64,000 nt of DNA. It comes from Nitrosopumilus sp. GTDB lineage: Archaea > Thermoproteota > Nitrososphaeria > Nitrososphaerales > Nitrosopumilaceae. A program made the position numbers and the translations under genes. The notes under the pieces were generated by a model. The model saw only the letters and a list, made by a program, of their open reading frames with translations, had not been told where the DNA came from and ran no database searches. Where the stretch lies: positions 576,001 to 640,000 of the forward strand of contig OY759726.1 of NCBI GenBank assembly GCA_963662625.1, given 5' to 3'. This document shows, piece after piece, positions 9,298-19,577 of this stretch (position 1 is its first letter; each line of letters begins with the position of its first letter).

Positions 9298-12084
9298 CTA
9301 CGGGTCCGGGCAGCCGTCGGCGTCCATGTAGCCGTCAAAGTCTTCCGGCTCCAGGGGGCACGCGTCTTCGTCGTTGATTATGCTGTCGAGGTCGTCGTCG
9401 TGGAAGGGCCTCTGCTGCTCAGGGACCGTGTCGGGGCAGCCGTCGGAGTCGTAGTACTTGTTCCAGGTCTCGGGGCTGACGGGGCAGGAATCAAGCGCGT
9501 CGGGGTAGCCGTCCCGGTCGGAGTCGGACGCGGCCGGCGACGCGGACTGCGCGGCCCTCGTGTCGGGGCAGCCGTCCCAGTCCAGGTACTGGTTATAGTT
9601 CTCCGGCGAGCCCACGCACTGGTCGCGCCGGTCCTCGATGCCGTCGCCGTCGGAGTCGGGGAACCCGTACTCCTCCACCGCGTCTGCGGGGGCGCTGTCG
9701 GGGCAGCCGTCGTCGTCCTGGAACCGGTTGTAGGTCTCGCGCTCCGATGGGCAGGCGTCTATCGCGTCGGGCTTGCCGTCCATGTCGCCGTCTGCCAGCG
9801 GGATGTAGTCGTCGGGGCAGCCGTCGCCGTCAAGCACCCCGTTGTACGTCTCCGGCTGGGAGGGGCAGTGGTCTGCCGCGTCCATGATGCCGTCGCCGTC
9901 GGAGTCGTAGGCGGCCCTGTCGTCGGCCACGGAGTCGGGGCAGCCGTCCGCGTCCCGGAACATGTTCCAGGTCTCGGGGCTCTCGGGGCACGAGTCAACG
10001 TCGTTGGCGATCCCGTCGCCGTCGGCGTCGGCGGTTACGGCGTAGGCGACCATGTCGGGGCAGCCGTCGCCGTCGCGGAACCCGTTGAAGTTCTCGCGCA
10101 CCGAGGGGCAGGCGTCCGCGTCGTCGGGTATGGTGTCATAGTCGGTGTCGGCCCTCCCCGGCGAATAGTACCCGGGCGCCTCGGGGCAGCCGTCGCCGTC
10201 AAGCACGCCGTTGAAGTTCTCCGGCGAGTCCACGCACTGGTCGCGCCGGTCCTCGATGCCGTCGCCGTCGGAGTCGGGGAACTCGTACGCCGGCGCGCCG
10301 GAGGCGACGCTGTCGGGGCAGCCGTCGCCGTCCTGGAACCTGTTCCACGTCTCGGGGGCTGCGGGGCACGAGTCGGCGGGGTCTGGGATCCCGTCGAGGT
10401 CCGAGTCGGACGTCGGCGCGAGCCTGTCGGGGCAGCCGTCGGCGTCATAGAGACCGTTGTAGGTCTCCGGCCGGTTCGGGCACAGGTCGGCCGCGTCCGG
10501 CACCCCGTCGCCGTCGGAGTCGTAGGCGACCCTGCCGTCGGCCACGGAGTCGGGGCAGCCGTCGCCGTCCTGGAACCTGTTGTAGGTCTCCATTGCGGCG
10601 GGGCACAGGTCGTCATACCCGAGGATGCCGTCGCCGTCGGTGTCCACCGCGGGCCGGTAGGCCACGGTGTCCGGGCAGCCGTCGGCGTCCTGGAACTTGT
10701 TGAAGTTCTCGCGCTCCAGGGGGCAGGCGTCCGCGTCGTCGGGTATGGTGTCATAGTCGGTGTCGGCCCTCCCCGGCGAATAGTACCCGGGCGCCTCGGG
10801 GCAGCCGTCGCCGTCAAGCACGCCGTTGAAGTTCTCCGGCGAGTCCACGCACTGGTCGCGCCGGTCCTCGATGCCGTCGCCGTCGGAGTCGGGGAACTCG
10901 TACGCCGGCGCGCCGGAGGCGACGCTGTCGGGGCAGCCGTCGCCGTCCTGGAACGAGTTGTACGTCTCCGGCCGGTCCGGGCACGAGTCGGCGGGGTCTG
11001 GGATCCCGTCGCCGTCCGTGTCGGGCACCATGGTGCTGTCCGGGCAGCCGTCGGCGTCCTGGAACGAGTTGTACGTCTCCGGCCGGTTCGGGCACGAGTC
11101 GGCCGCGTCCATGATCCCGTCGCCGTCGGAGTCATAGGCGACCCTGCCGTCGGCCACGGAGTCGGGGCAGCCGTCGCCGTCCTGGAACCTGTTGTAGGTC
11201 TCCATTGCGGCGGGGCACAGGTCGTCAGGTCCGAGGATGCCGTCGCCGTCTGTGTCCACGGATGGCTGGTAGGCCACGGTGTCCGGGCAGCCGTCGTCGT
11301 CCTGGAACCTGTTGAAGTTCTCGCGCTCCAGGGGGCAGGCGTCCGCGTCGTCGGGTATGGTGTCATAGTCGGTGTCGGCCCTCCCCGGCGAATAGTACCC
11401 GGGCGCCTCGGGGCAGCCGTCGCCGTCAAGCACGCCGTTGAAGTTCTCCGGCGAGCCCACGCACTGGTCGCGCCGGTCCTCGATGCCGTCGCCGTCGGCG
11501 TCGGGGAACTCGTACGCCGGCGCGCCGGAGGCGACGCTGTCGGGGCAGCCGTCGCCGTCCTGGAACGAGTTGTACGTCTCCGGCCGGTCCGGGCACGAGT
11601 CGGCAACGTCCATGATCCCGTCGAGGTCCGAGTCGGACGTCGGCGAGAGGCTGTCGGGGCAGCCGTCGGCGTCATAGAGACCGTTGTACGTCTCCGGCCG
11701 GTTCGGGCACAGGTCGGCAACGTCCATGATCCCGTCGCCGTCGGAGTCGTAGGTGGCCTGGCCGCCGTCGGGGGGCACGTCGGGGCAGCCGTCGCCGTCC
11801 TGGAACCGGTTGTAGGTCTCCTTTACGGTGGGGCAGCCGTCCAGGTGATCCTGGATCCCGTCGTTGTCGGCGTCGTACCAGGGCACGAAGTCGGCCGGGC
11901 AGCCGTCTATGTTGCTGCCGTACTGCGGGTCATAGTCCTCCAGCAGGTAGGGGCACATGTCGTCGGCGTCCGGCACCCCGTCGCCGTCGCTGTCGGCTGC
12001 CGCGAGGGCCGGTCCGGGCACCATGCCGATGGTGGAGGTTAGCAGAAGCAGGAATCCCAGCAGGCAGTGTTTTTTCATGGCCAC
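9298..12084 (-). CDS. secreted thrombospondin type-3 (Ca-binding) repeat protein A
   Basis: Signal peptide MKKHCLLGFLLLL; tandem DxDGDGxxDxxDxCPxxxETYNxxxDxDGCPD repeats; start may be ATG 12078. Confidence 0.92.
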   Translation of the reverse strand: MAMKKHCLLGFLLLLTSTIGMVPGPALAAADSDGDGVPDADDMCPYLLEDYDPQYGSNIDGCPADFVPWYDADNDGIQDHLDGCPTVKETYNRFQDGDGCPDVPPDGGQATYDSDGDGIMDVADLCPNRPETYNGLYDADGCPDSLSPTSDSDLDGIMDVADSCPDRPETYNSFQDGDGCPDSVASGAPAYEFPDADGDGIEDRRDQCVGSPENFNGVLDGDGCPEAPGYYSPGRADTDYDTIPDDADACPLERENFNRFQDDDGCPDTVAYQPSVDTDGDGILGPDDLCPAAMETYNRFQDGDGCPDSVADGRVAYDSDGDGIMDAADSCPNRPETYNSFQDADGCPDSTMVPDTDGDGIPDPADSCPDRPETYNSFQDGDGCPDSVASGAPAYEFPDSDGDGIEDRRDQCVDSPENFNGVLDGDGCPEAPGYYSPGRADTDYDTIPDDADACPLERENFNKFQDADGCPDTVAYRPAVDTDGDGILGYDDLCPAAMETYNRFQDGDGCPDSVADGRVAYDSDGDGVPDAADLCPNRPETYNGLYDADGCPDRLAPTSDSDLDGIPDPADSCPAAPETWNRFQDGDGCPDSVASGAPAYEFPDSDGDGIEDRRDQCVDSPENFNGVLDGDGCPEAPGYYSPGRADTDYDTIPDDADACPSVRENFNGFRDGDGCPDMVAYAVTADADGDGIANDVDSCPESPETWNMFRDADGCPDSVADDRAAYDSDGDGIMDAADHCPSQPETYNGVLDGDGCPDDYIPLADGDMDGKPDAIDACPSERETYNRFQDDDGCPDSAPADAVEEYGFPDSDGDGIEDRRDQCVGSPENYNQYLDWDGCPDTRAAQSASPAASDSDRDGYPDALDSCPVSPETWNKYYDSDGCPDTVPEQQRPFHDDDLDSIINDEDACPLEPEDFDGYMDADGCPDP

Positions 12085-12090
12085 GGGCTC

Positions 12091-14262
12091 CTATGGGTCG
12101 GGGCAGCCGTCGGCGTCCATGTCGCCGTCAAAGTCTTCCGGCTCCAGGGGGCACGCGTCGTCGGCGTTGATTATGCTGTCGAGGTCGTCGTCGTGGAAGG
12201 GCCTCTGCTGCTCAGGGACGGAGTCCGGGCAGCCGTCGGCGTCGTTGTACTTGTTCCAGGTCTCGGGGCTGACGGGGCAGGAATCAAGCGCGTCGGGGTA
12301 GCCGTCCCGGTCGGAGTCTACGACCTGGGAGGCCGTCGGTTCAGCCGCCCTCGTGTCGGGGCAGCCGTCCCAGTCCAGGTACTGGTTATAGTTCTCCGGC
12401 GAGTCCACGCACTGGTCGCGCCGGTCCTCGATGCCGTCGCCGTCGGAGTCGGGGAACTCGTACGCCGGCGCGCCGGAGGCGACGCTGTCGGGGCAGCCGT
12501 CGTCGTCCTGGAACCGGTTGTAGGTCTCGCGCTCCGATGGGCAGGCGTCTATCGCGTCGGGCTTGCCGTCCATGTCGCTGTCGATCAGCGGGACGTAGTC
12601 GTCGGGGCAGCCGTCGCCGTCAAGCACCCCGTTGTACGTCTCCGGCTGGGAGGGGCAGTAGTCTGCCGTGTCCATGATCCCGTCGCCGTCGGAGTCCGCC
12701 GCGAGCTTGTTGTCCGCCACGATGTCCGGGCAGCCGTCGGCGTCCTGGAACATGTTCCAGGTCTCCCTTGCGGCGGGGCAGGCGTCGGCGTCGTCCATGA
12801 TTCCGTCCCCGTCAGAGTCGGAGACCGTGCCATAGTACAGGAAGTCCGGGCAGCCGTCGTCGTCCTGGAACTTGTTGTAGCGTTCTGCGGCCATCGGGCA
12901 TTCGTCGTAGGCGTCGGGGTTGCCGTCAAAGTCAGAATCGAGCAGCTCCCCGCCGTCCGTGCCGGGCACGTCGGGGCAGCCGTCCCAGTCCAGGTACCCG
13001 TCATAGTTCTCCGGCGAGTCCACGCACTGGTCGCGCCGGTCCTCGATGCCGTCGCCGTCGGAGTCGGGGAACTCGTACGCCGGCGCGCCGGAGGCGACGC
13101 TGTCGGGGCAGCCGTCGTCGTCCTGGAACCGGTTGTAGGTCTCGCGCTCCGATGGGCAGGCGTCTATCGCGTCGGGCTTGCCGTCCATGTCGCTGTCGAT
13201 CAGCGGGACGTAGTCGTCGGGGCAGCCGTCGCCGTCAAGCACCCCGTTGTACGTCTCCGGCTGGGAGGGGCAGTAGTCTGCCGTGTCCATGATCCCGTCG
13301 CCGTCGGAGTCCGCCGCGAGCTTGTTGTCCGCCACGATGTCCGGGCAGCCGTCGGCGTCCTGGAACATGTTCCAGGTCTCTGGCGCGAACGGGCAGGAGT
13401 CGGCCGCGTCCGGCACCCCGTCGCCGTCGGTGTCATTGGCAGTGGGATAGTCGACCGTGTCGGGGCAGCCGTCGCCGTCCTGGAACCCGTTGAAGTTCTC
13501 GCGTTCCGAGGGGCACGAGTCGGCCGCGTCCGGTATGGTGTCGTAGTCGGAGTCGGCGTCCGTGACAGATACGGCTCCCGGCACGTCGGGGCAGCCGTCC
13601 CAGTCCAGGTACCCGTCATAGTTCTCCGGCGAGTCCACGCACTGGTCGCGCCGGTCCTCGATGCCGTCGCCGTCGGAGTCTGGGAACTCGTACGCCGGCG
13701 CGCCGGAGGCGACGCTGTCGGGGCAGCCGTCGCCGTCTTGGAACATGTTCCAGGTCTCCGGGACGGCGGGGCACGAGTCGGCGGGGTCGGGGATCCCGTC
13801 GAGGTCCGAGTCGGACGTCGGCGAGAGGCTGTCGGGACAGCCGTCGGCGTCAGACAATCCGTTGAACGCCTCCGGCCGGTTCGGGCACAGGTCGGCCACG
13901 TCCATGATCCCGTCGCCGTCGGCGTCGTAGGTGGCCTGGCCGCCGTCGGGGGACGCGTCGGGGCAGCCGTCGGCGTCCTGGAACCGGTTGTAGGTCTCCT
14001 TTGCTGTGGGGCAAGCGTCCAAGTGGTCCTGGATCCCGTCATAGTCCGCGTCGTACCAGGGCACGAAGTCCGCCGGGCAGCCGTCTATGTTGCTGCCGTA
14101 CTGCGGGTCATAGTCCTCCAGCAGGTAGGGGCACCTGTCGGCGGAGTTTGGCACCCCGTCGCCGTCGCTGTCGGCCTCTGCGAGGACGGGGCCTGGCACC
14201 ATGCCGATGGTGGAGGTTAGCAGAAGCAGGAATCCCAGCAGGCAGTGTTTTTTCATGGCCAC
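12091..14262 (-). CDS. secreted thrombospondin type-3 repeat protein B
   Basis: Signal peptide identical to protein A; same repeats; start may be ATG 14256. Confidence 0.92.
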   Translation of the reverse strand: MAMKKHCLLGFLLLLTSTIGMVPGPVLAEADSDGDGVPNSADRCPYLLEDYDPQYGSNIDGCPADFVPWYDADYDGIQDHLDACPTAKETYNRFQDADGCPDASPDGGQATYDADGDGIMDVADLCPNRPEAFNGLSDADGCPDSLSPTSDSDLDGIPDPADSCPAVPETWNMFQDGDGCPDSVASGAPAYEFPDSDGDGIEDRRDQCVDSPENYDGYLDWDGCPDVPGAVSVTDADSDYDTIPDAADSCPSERENFNGFQDGDGCPDTVDYPTANDTDGDGVPDAADSCPFAPETWNMFQDADGCPDIVADNKLAADSDGDGIMDTADYCPSQPETYNGVLDGDGCPDDYVPLIDSDMDGKPDAIDACPSERETYNRFQDDDGCPDSVASGAPAYEFPDSDGDGIEDRRDQCVDSPENYDGYLDWDGCPDVPGTDGGELLDSDFDGNPDAYDECPMAAERYNKFQDDDGCPDFLYYGTVSDSDGDGIMDDADACPAARETWNMFQDADGCPDIVADNKLAADSDGDGIMDTADYCPSQPETYNGVLDGDGCPDDYVPLIDSDMDGKPDAIDACPSERETYNRFQDDDGCPDSVASGAPAYEFPDSDGDGIEDRRDQCVDSPENYNQYLDWDGCPDTRAAEPTASQVVDSDRDGYPDALDSCPVSPETWNKYNDADGCPDSVPEQQRPFHDDDLDSIINADDACPLEPEDFDGDMDADGCPDP

Positions 14263-14268
14263 GGGCTC

Positions 14269-16707
14269 CTATGGGTCGGGGCATCCGTCGGCGTCCATGT
14301 CGCCGTCAAAGTCTTCCGGTTCGGAGGGGCACATGTCAGAGTCGTTGATTATGCTGTCCAGGTCCGTGTCATGCTTATATCGTGACTGTTCGGGAACGGT
14401 GTCCGGGCAGCCGTCGGCGTCCTGGTACTTGTTCCACGATTCCCTGTCGTACGGGCACGCGTCCTTGCCGTCGACTATCCCGTCGCCGTCGGCGTCGGAC
14501 CTCATGTTGCCCACCGGAACCATGTCGGGGCAGCCGTCATAGTCGACATACCTGTTCCAGACTTCGTCCTGGGTAGGGCACAGGTCCATCGTGTCGGCGA
14601 CCCCGTCGCCGTCGGCGTCGGGCTGGGTGGTGTCGATGTCCGGGCAGCCGTCCGTGTCGTCCATCCCGTTGAACGTCTCCGCGCTCATGGGGCACCGGTC
14701 GGCGGCGTCGGGGATTCCGTCATTGTCGGAGTCCACCACGGCCGACTCCGTTATAAAGTCCGGGCAGCCGTCGTCGTCCTGGAACATGTTGTAGGTCTCT
14801 GCGGACAGCGGGCAGGCGTCTATCGCGTCGGGCTTGCCGTCCATGTCCCTGTCTACCAGCGGGATGTAGTCGTCCGGGCAGCCGTCGCGGTCAAGCACCC
14901 CGTTGTACGTCTCCGGCTGGGAGGGGCAGTAGTCCATGAAGTCGTTTATCCCGTCAGAGTCCGAGTCGGGCGTGGCCTTGTTGTCCGCCGTCGTGTCGGG
15001 GCACCCGTCGGAGTCCTGGAACATGTTGTAGGTCTCCCTTGCCATGACGCACTGGTCGGCGCTGTCGGGTACGCCGTCTGAGTCAGAATCCATGTCCGGC
15101 GCGTAGGGCAGGAGGTCCGGGCAGCCGTCGTCGTCCTGGAACTGGTTGTACCGCTCCCTGTCCGACGGGCACGCGTCTGCCGAGTCGGGTATCCCGTCCA
15201 TGTCGGAGTCCGTTTGCAGGACGCTGTCGGGGCAGCCGTCGTTGTCAAGGTACCGGTTCCAGGTCTCGGGCGACATGGGGCACCTGTCTATCGAGTCCGG
15301 TATTCCGTCGTTGTCGGAGTCGGTGACGGAGACGTCGGGGCAGCCGTCGCCGTCCTGGAACGAGTTAAAGGTCTCGGCTTCGGTGGGGCACCTGTCTGAC
15401 AGGTCCGCGATCCCGTCGCCGTCAAAGTCCGAGGGGGCGATTCCCGGGACGCTGTCCGGGCAGCCGTCGTCGTCCTGGAACGCGTTGTACCTTTCGGGCG
15501 CCATCGGGCAGGCGTCCAGGGCGTCCAGGATCCCGTCCATGTCCCTGTCTACCAGCGGGACGTAGTCGTCCGGGCAGCCGTCGCGGTCAAGCACCCCGTT
15601 GTACGTCTCCGGCTGGGAGGGGCAGGAGTCCATGAAGTCGTTTATCCCGTCAGAGTCCGTGTCCGGCGCGTACCTGTTGTCCGCCGTCAGGTCCGGGCAG
15701 CCGTCGTCGTCCTGGAACTTGTTGTAGGTCTCCCTTGCCATGACGCACTGGTCGGCGCTGTCGGCGATCCCGTCCCGGTCGGTGTCCCTGTCCACGGAGT
15801 ACGGGGGTATGTCGGGGCAGCCGTCGTCGTCCTGGTACTTGTTGTACCTTTCGGGCGCCATCGGGCAGGCGTCGTCGCCGTCATTTATCCCGTCGCCGTC
15901 GGAGTCGCCGCCGGCCCCGGCGAAGGACGGGGCCTTGTCGGGGCAGCCGTCGTAATCGGAAAACATGTTGAAGGTTTCGGGCTGGCCGGGGCACACGTCG
16001 AGCCGGTCCGCGATCCCGTCGCCGTCGGAGTCGGAGAATGGCGAGTCCAGCGCCGCGTCGGGGCAGCCGTCCACGTCAAGATAGCCGTTGTACGTCTCGG
16101 GCTGGTCCGGGCAGGAGTCGTCGGCGTCGCCTATGCCGTCGTTGTCTGCATCGCTGAACGGGTCGGACGTCGAGTCGGGGCACCCGTCGGAGTCCTGGAA
16201 CATGTTGTAGACCTCCGCCTTGAGCGGGCACTGGTCCAGCGCGTCGTTGACCCCGTCCCTGTCGCGATCCGAGACGGAGTTCAGGTCGTCCGGGCAGCCG
16301 TCGCGGTCAAGCACCCCGTTGTACGTCTCCGGCTGGGAGGGGCACAGGTCCGCTATGTCGGCAAACCCGTCCCCGTCGCTGTCGGGCAGCCCGCCGGATC
16401 CGGAGCCCGGCACGCTGTCGGGGCAGCCGTCGTCGTCCTGGAACAGGTTGTACTGCTCCCTCAGGTTCGGGCACTGGTCGACGTGATCCTGGATCCCGTC
16501 ATAGTCCTCGTCGTACCACGGGATGAAGTTGGACGGGCACCCGTCAACCTTGCCCTCGCCGTCCTCCTGTAGGTTCGGGCACAAGTCCGCCGAATCGTCC
16601 ACGCCGTCACGATCCAGATCGGACGCGGCGTGCACCGTGCTGATTGGAACGCTGGTTAATACAGATGCAAGTAGGAATAGGAAACCGAACATGTGTGTTT
16701 TTTTCAA
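14269..16707 (-). CDS. secreted thrombospondin type-3 repeat protein C
   Basis: TTG start giving (M)KKTHMFGFLFLL signal peptide; TSP3 repeats; ends CPDP. Confidence 0.9.
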   Translation of the reverse strand: MKKTHMFGFLFLLASVLTSVPISTVHAASDLDRDGVDDSADLCPNLQEDGEGKVDGCPSNFIPWYDEDYDGIQDHVDQCPNLREQYNLFQDDDGCPDSVPGSGSGGLPDSDGDGFADIADLCPSQPETYNGVLDRDGCPDDLNSVSDRDRDGVNDALDQCPLKAEVYNMFQDSDGCPDSTSDPFSDADNDGIGDADDSCPDQPETYNGYLDVDGCPDAALDSPFSDSDGDGIADRLDVCPGQPETFNMFSDYDGCPDKAPSFAGAGGDSDGDGINDGDDACPMAPERYNKYQDDDGCPDIPPYSVDRDTDRDGIADSADQCVMARETYNKFQDDDGCPDLTADNRYAPDTDSDGINDFMDSCPSQPETYNGVLDRDGCPDDYVPLVDRDMDGILDALDACPMAPERYNAFQDDDGCPDSVPGIAPSDFDGDGIADLSDRCPTEAETFNSFQDGDGCPDVSVTDSDNDGIPDSIDRCPMSPETWNRYLDNDGCPDSVLQTDSDMDGIPDSADACPSDRERYNQFQDDDGCPDLLPYAPDMDSDSDGVPDSADQCVMARETYNMFQDSDGCPDTTADNKATPDSDSDGINDFMDYCPSQPETYNGVLDRDGCPDDYIPLVDRDMDGKPDAIDACPLSAETYNMFQDDDGCPDFITESAVVDSDNDGIPDAADRCPMSAETFNGMDDTDGCPDIDTTQPDADGDGVADTMDLCPTQDEVWNRYVDYDGCPDMVPVGNMRSDADGDGIVDGKDACPYDRESWNKYQDADGCPDTVPEQSRYKHDTDLDSIINDSDMCPSEPEDFDGDMDADGCPDP

Positions 16708-16943
16708 GCCTACAGTTACCTTGGGGATCCAGTTATTAAACCTCACTCTACAGTCAAGCGAAAAACGCACCGAACTGGTCAAAACCCGCCCGCCCCAAAC
16801 TGATCGCGGGTGCGGCGCCGGCGGGGCATCCCGGGCGGCGATCCGGGAAGCTCCGGGACGCGCCGCCCGGCATGCAAGATCCGCGGCGGCCCGTGGGAGA
16901 TCCGGCGGGATCAACTTAAGTAAACCGGGGCGGAACTTCCAGC

Positions 16944-17972
16944 ATGAGCTGCTCGGGCGAGGTGGTCGGGGACGGCGGGGACCTCATCCAGATCAGGCCG
17001 TCCATATCGCGGCAGCTGAAAAAAGCAAAGTACGGGGTCTCGGACCACTCCACGGTGGGGCTGTGCCACTGGACCAAGAAGTCGTTCAGGCACGAGGGCA
17101 GCTGCTACAAGCACAAGTTCTACGGGATCTCGACGCACAGGTGCATGGAGTTCTCGCCTGCCGGGATGCACTGCGAGAACCGCTGCGTCTACTGCTGGAG
17201 GCCCATGGAGTTCTACGACTCGCTGAAGATGGACGAGGGCAGGGTGGCCGGCCCCGAGGAGATCATGGAGCGCCTGGCAGAGGAGCGCAGGAGGCTGATC
17301 ATGGGGCACTACGGCGACTCCAGAAGCGACAGGCAGAGGCTGGACGAGTCCCTGCTGCCAAGCCACTACGCCATATCGCTGTCCGGCGAGCCCACCATGT
17401 ACCCCAGGCTGCCGGAGCTGATAAGGCACCTCAAGTCGCTGGAGGCGACAAAGTCGGTCTTTCTCGTGACTAACGGGCAGGAGCCCGACATGATCGAGCG
17501 CCTGCGGGACGAGGACGCGCTGCCGACCCAGCTGTACCTGTCCACCAACGCCGCCGACTACGAGTCCTTCGCGAGGATCAACCGGCCGCGGTACGACGAC
17601 TCGTGGGAGCGGTGGAACAGGACGCTCGGGATGCTGAGGGGGCTGGACACCAGGACGGTCCTGCGGATAACGCTCATCCGCGGGTACAACGACCAGGCGG
17701 ACATGGTGCCGGCGTTCGCGTCGATGGCGAGGGAGTCAGGCCCGCACTTTATCGAGGTAAAGTCCTACATGCACGTGGGCCGGTCGACGAGCAGGCTGGA
17801 GCACTCAGACATGCTGGAGATGGACGAGGTGAGGGGGATAAGCCGCGGCATCGCGGAAAAGAGCGGGGCGTTTTCCGTGATGGACGAGAGCTGCGTCTCG
17901 CGGATAGTCGTGCTGCAGAACGGCGAGAGGTTCATCGACCGCTGGATTCCCGCGCGCGCAGGTACCAGCTAG
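16944..17972 (+). CDS. taw1: 4-demethylwyosine synthase (radical SAM, TYW1/Taw1)
   Basis: CYKHKFYGISTHRCME, CENRCVYCWRP, AISLSGEPT, EVKSYMHVG. Confidence 0.95.
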   Translation: MSCSGEVVGDGGDLIQIRPSISRQLKKAKYGVSDHSTVGLCHWTKKSFRHEGSCYKHKFYGISTHRCMEFSPAGMHCENRCVYCWRPMEFYDSLKMDEGRVAGPEEIMERLAEERRRLIMGHYGDSRSDRQRLDESLLPSHYAISLSGEPTMYPRLPELIRHLKSLEATKSVFLVTNGQEPDMIERLRDEDALPTQLYLSTNAADYESFARINRPRYDDSWERWNRTLGMLRGLDTRTVLRITLIRGYNDQADMVPAFASMARESGPHFIEVKSYMHVGRSTSRLEHSDMLEMDEVRGISRGIAEKSGAFSVMDESCVSRIVVLQNGERFIDRWIPARAGTS

Positions 17973-18507
17973 AGAACTTCCTCATCGCCATGAACCTGTG
18001 CGACACCGCGTTCTTCCCCGGCAGCTGCGCAAACGTCATCCGCGTCCCGCGCGGGACGAAGATCGGGTCGTAGCCCCACCCGTCCCCCCTCGGCGCCCTC
18101 GCGATGCTGCCCGGGAGCTCGGCCCCGAACGACCGGGAGGCGTCCTCGGAGCAGAACGAGATCACCGAGACGAACCTGGCGCCCCTGTCTTTTTTCAGCA
18201 GCCGCAGTATGCCGTCGTTGCCTATGGTCCGGAAGGCGTACGACGAGAACGGGCCGGGGAACCCCGAGAGCCCGTCGATGAAGAGCCCGTCGTCCTCCAC
18301 TATCACCGGCCTCCCCATCATGCCAAAGGCGCTGCGGGCCTTGTGCTCGGCGATCTCCCTGATCGAGTCGGACTGGACCTCCGGCAGCGCGGCCCGGCCG
18401 AAGCCGAGCCGGATCCCGAGTCCCGCCGCGATGGACCGCGCCTCCAGGTACTTGTTGCGGTTGGAGGACACGAAGAGGAGATCAGACGACTTTGGCATAC
18501 CTACCAC
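17932..18507 (-). CDS. rdgB: RdgB/HAM1 non-canonical purine NTP pyrophosphatase
   Basis: SSNRNK, EDDGL, GFPGPFS, GWGYDPIF, SHR. Confidence 0.93.
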   Translation of the reverse strand: MVGMPKSSDLLFVSSNRNKYLEARSIAAGLGIRLGFGRAALPEVQSDSIREIAEHKARSAFGMMGRPVIVEDDGLFIDGLSGFPGPFSSYAFRTIGNDGILRLLKKDRGARFVSVISFCSEDASRSFGAELPGSIARAPRGDGWGYDPIFVPRGTRMTFAQLPGKNAVSHRFMAMRKFSSWYLRARESSGR

Positions 18508-19102
18508 GGCTCTCGATCACGGACACGAGGCCCGTTATTTTAGCGTAATACGCCGCCCCCGCCGCCGACCGGTACCCCGCGAGGAACTTCCTCCACGCCC
18601 GCTCCATGATGCCGGCGTGGGCGCTGTTGAGGATCTCCTTTATCAGGCGCAGGTCGATCGCGTGGTCCTCTGGCTTGGACGTCCTCTGGGAGAGGCCAAA
18701 GTCCAGCACGTAGACCGTCCCCTCGTGGTAGACAAAGTTGGAGGTGGTCAGGTCCCCGTGCATGAGGCCGTTCCTGTGCATGGTGCCCACCAGGCGCCCG
18801 ATCTCCCCGGAGAGCTCGACTATCCGGGGGCCTGGCAGGTCGTGGACGGGGGTTCCCGGTATGTTCTGCATCACTATGGAGCAGTCCCCCAGGTTCACGA
18901 AGCGCACCAGCGGGGCCGGCACCCCGAACGACTTTACGTCGGCGAGCGCCCGGGACTCCCTTACGGTGCGCTGCCTGCGGAGCTTCGCGTCGAGGAGGGC
19001 GTTCCTGTAGCCCTTGGCCTTCCTGACCTTGAGGACGGCCTCGGCGCCGTTCCACGACCCCATGTAGAGGTCGGCCTCGGCGCCCTTCTTTAGCAGCCTC
19101 AT
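18482..19102 (-). CDS. bud32: KEOPS kinase Bud32
   Basis: KKGAEA, RTVRE, HGDLTTSN, LDFGL, EDHAIDL. Confidence 0.93.
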   Translation of the reverse strand: MRLLKKGAEADLYMGSWNGAEAVLKVRKAKGYRNALLDAKLRRQRTVRESRALADVKSFGVPAPLVRFVNLGDCSIVMQNIPGTPVHDLPGPRIVELSGEIGRLVGTMHRNGLMHGDLTTSNFVYHEGTVYVLDFGLSQRTSKPEDHAIDLRLIKEILNSAHAGIMERAWRKFLAGYRSAAGAAYYAKITGLVSVIESRGRYAKVV

Positions 19103-19232
19103 CACACCGGTGATCGCGGCCTGATAATTTAGGGGTTGTTGCGGCACGCGCCGCGCCGCCCGCGGGGCGCGCCTGCTGCCGGGGCGGGGCCTTCAGTAAA
19201 ACTATTACCTGCCAAGGGCCGCTGGAAGCGTA

Positions 19233-19559
19233 GTGGAAGAGAACGAGAAGAGGCTAAAGCAGGAGGACTGCAACGAGGACAGCCTGGGCGCCGGGATCCT
19301 GACCCTCACCAACAGGAGGCTGGCCTTCGACAAGACGCAGGCAAGGATGATGGACTTTTCCAAGCATTTCGGGGACACCGTCGTGGACGTCCCGCTGAAG
19401 GACGTCGCCAAGGCGTGGAGGGAGGGGCTCCTGATAAAGAAGGTGTGCTTTACCGCGAACACCGGGGACGGGCAGCAGACGTTCAAGTTTGGCGTCTTTA
19501 ACACCAAGGACTGGCTCAAGAGCATAGACAGGGCGCTGGACGAGTCCCGCGGCGGGTAG
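19233..19559 (+). CDS. hypothetical protein (PH/GRAM-like fold possible)
   Basis: GILTLTNRRLAF motif; coding-like composition. Confidence 0.7.
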   Translation: MEENEKRLKQEDCNEDSLGAGILTLTNRRLAFDKTQARMMDFSKHFGDTVVDVPLKDVAKAWREGLLIKKVCFTANTGDGQQTFKFGVFNTKDWLKSIDRALDESRGG

Positions 19560-19577
19560 GCCGGCGCGCGCGCCGCC

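Noticed and set aside
9283-14220. Long + strand Val/Gly/Ala-rich ORFs (9283-12042, 12067-14220)
   Set aside because: Antisense shadows of the TSP3 genes
9298-16707. Diversity-generating retroelement template/variable repeats
   Set aside because: No reverse transcriptase in the window; differences between copies are not visibly adenine-specific
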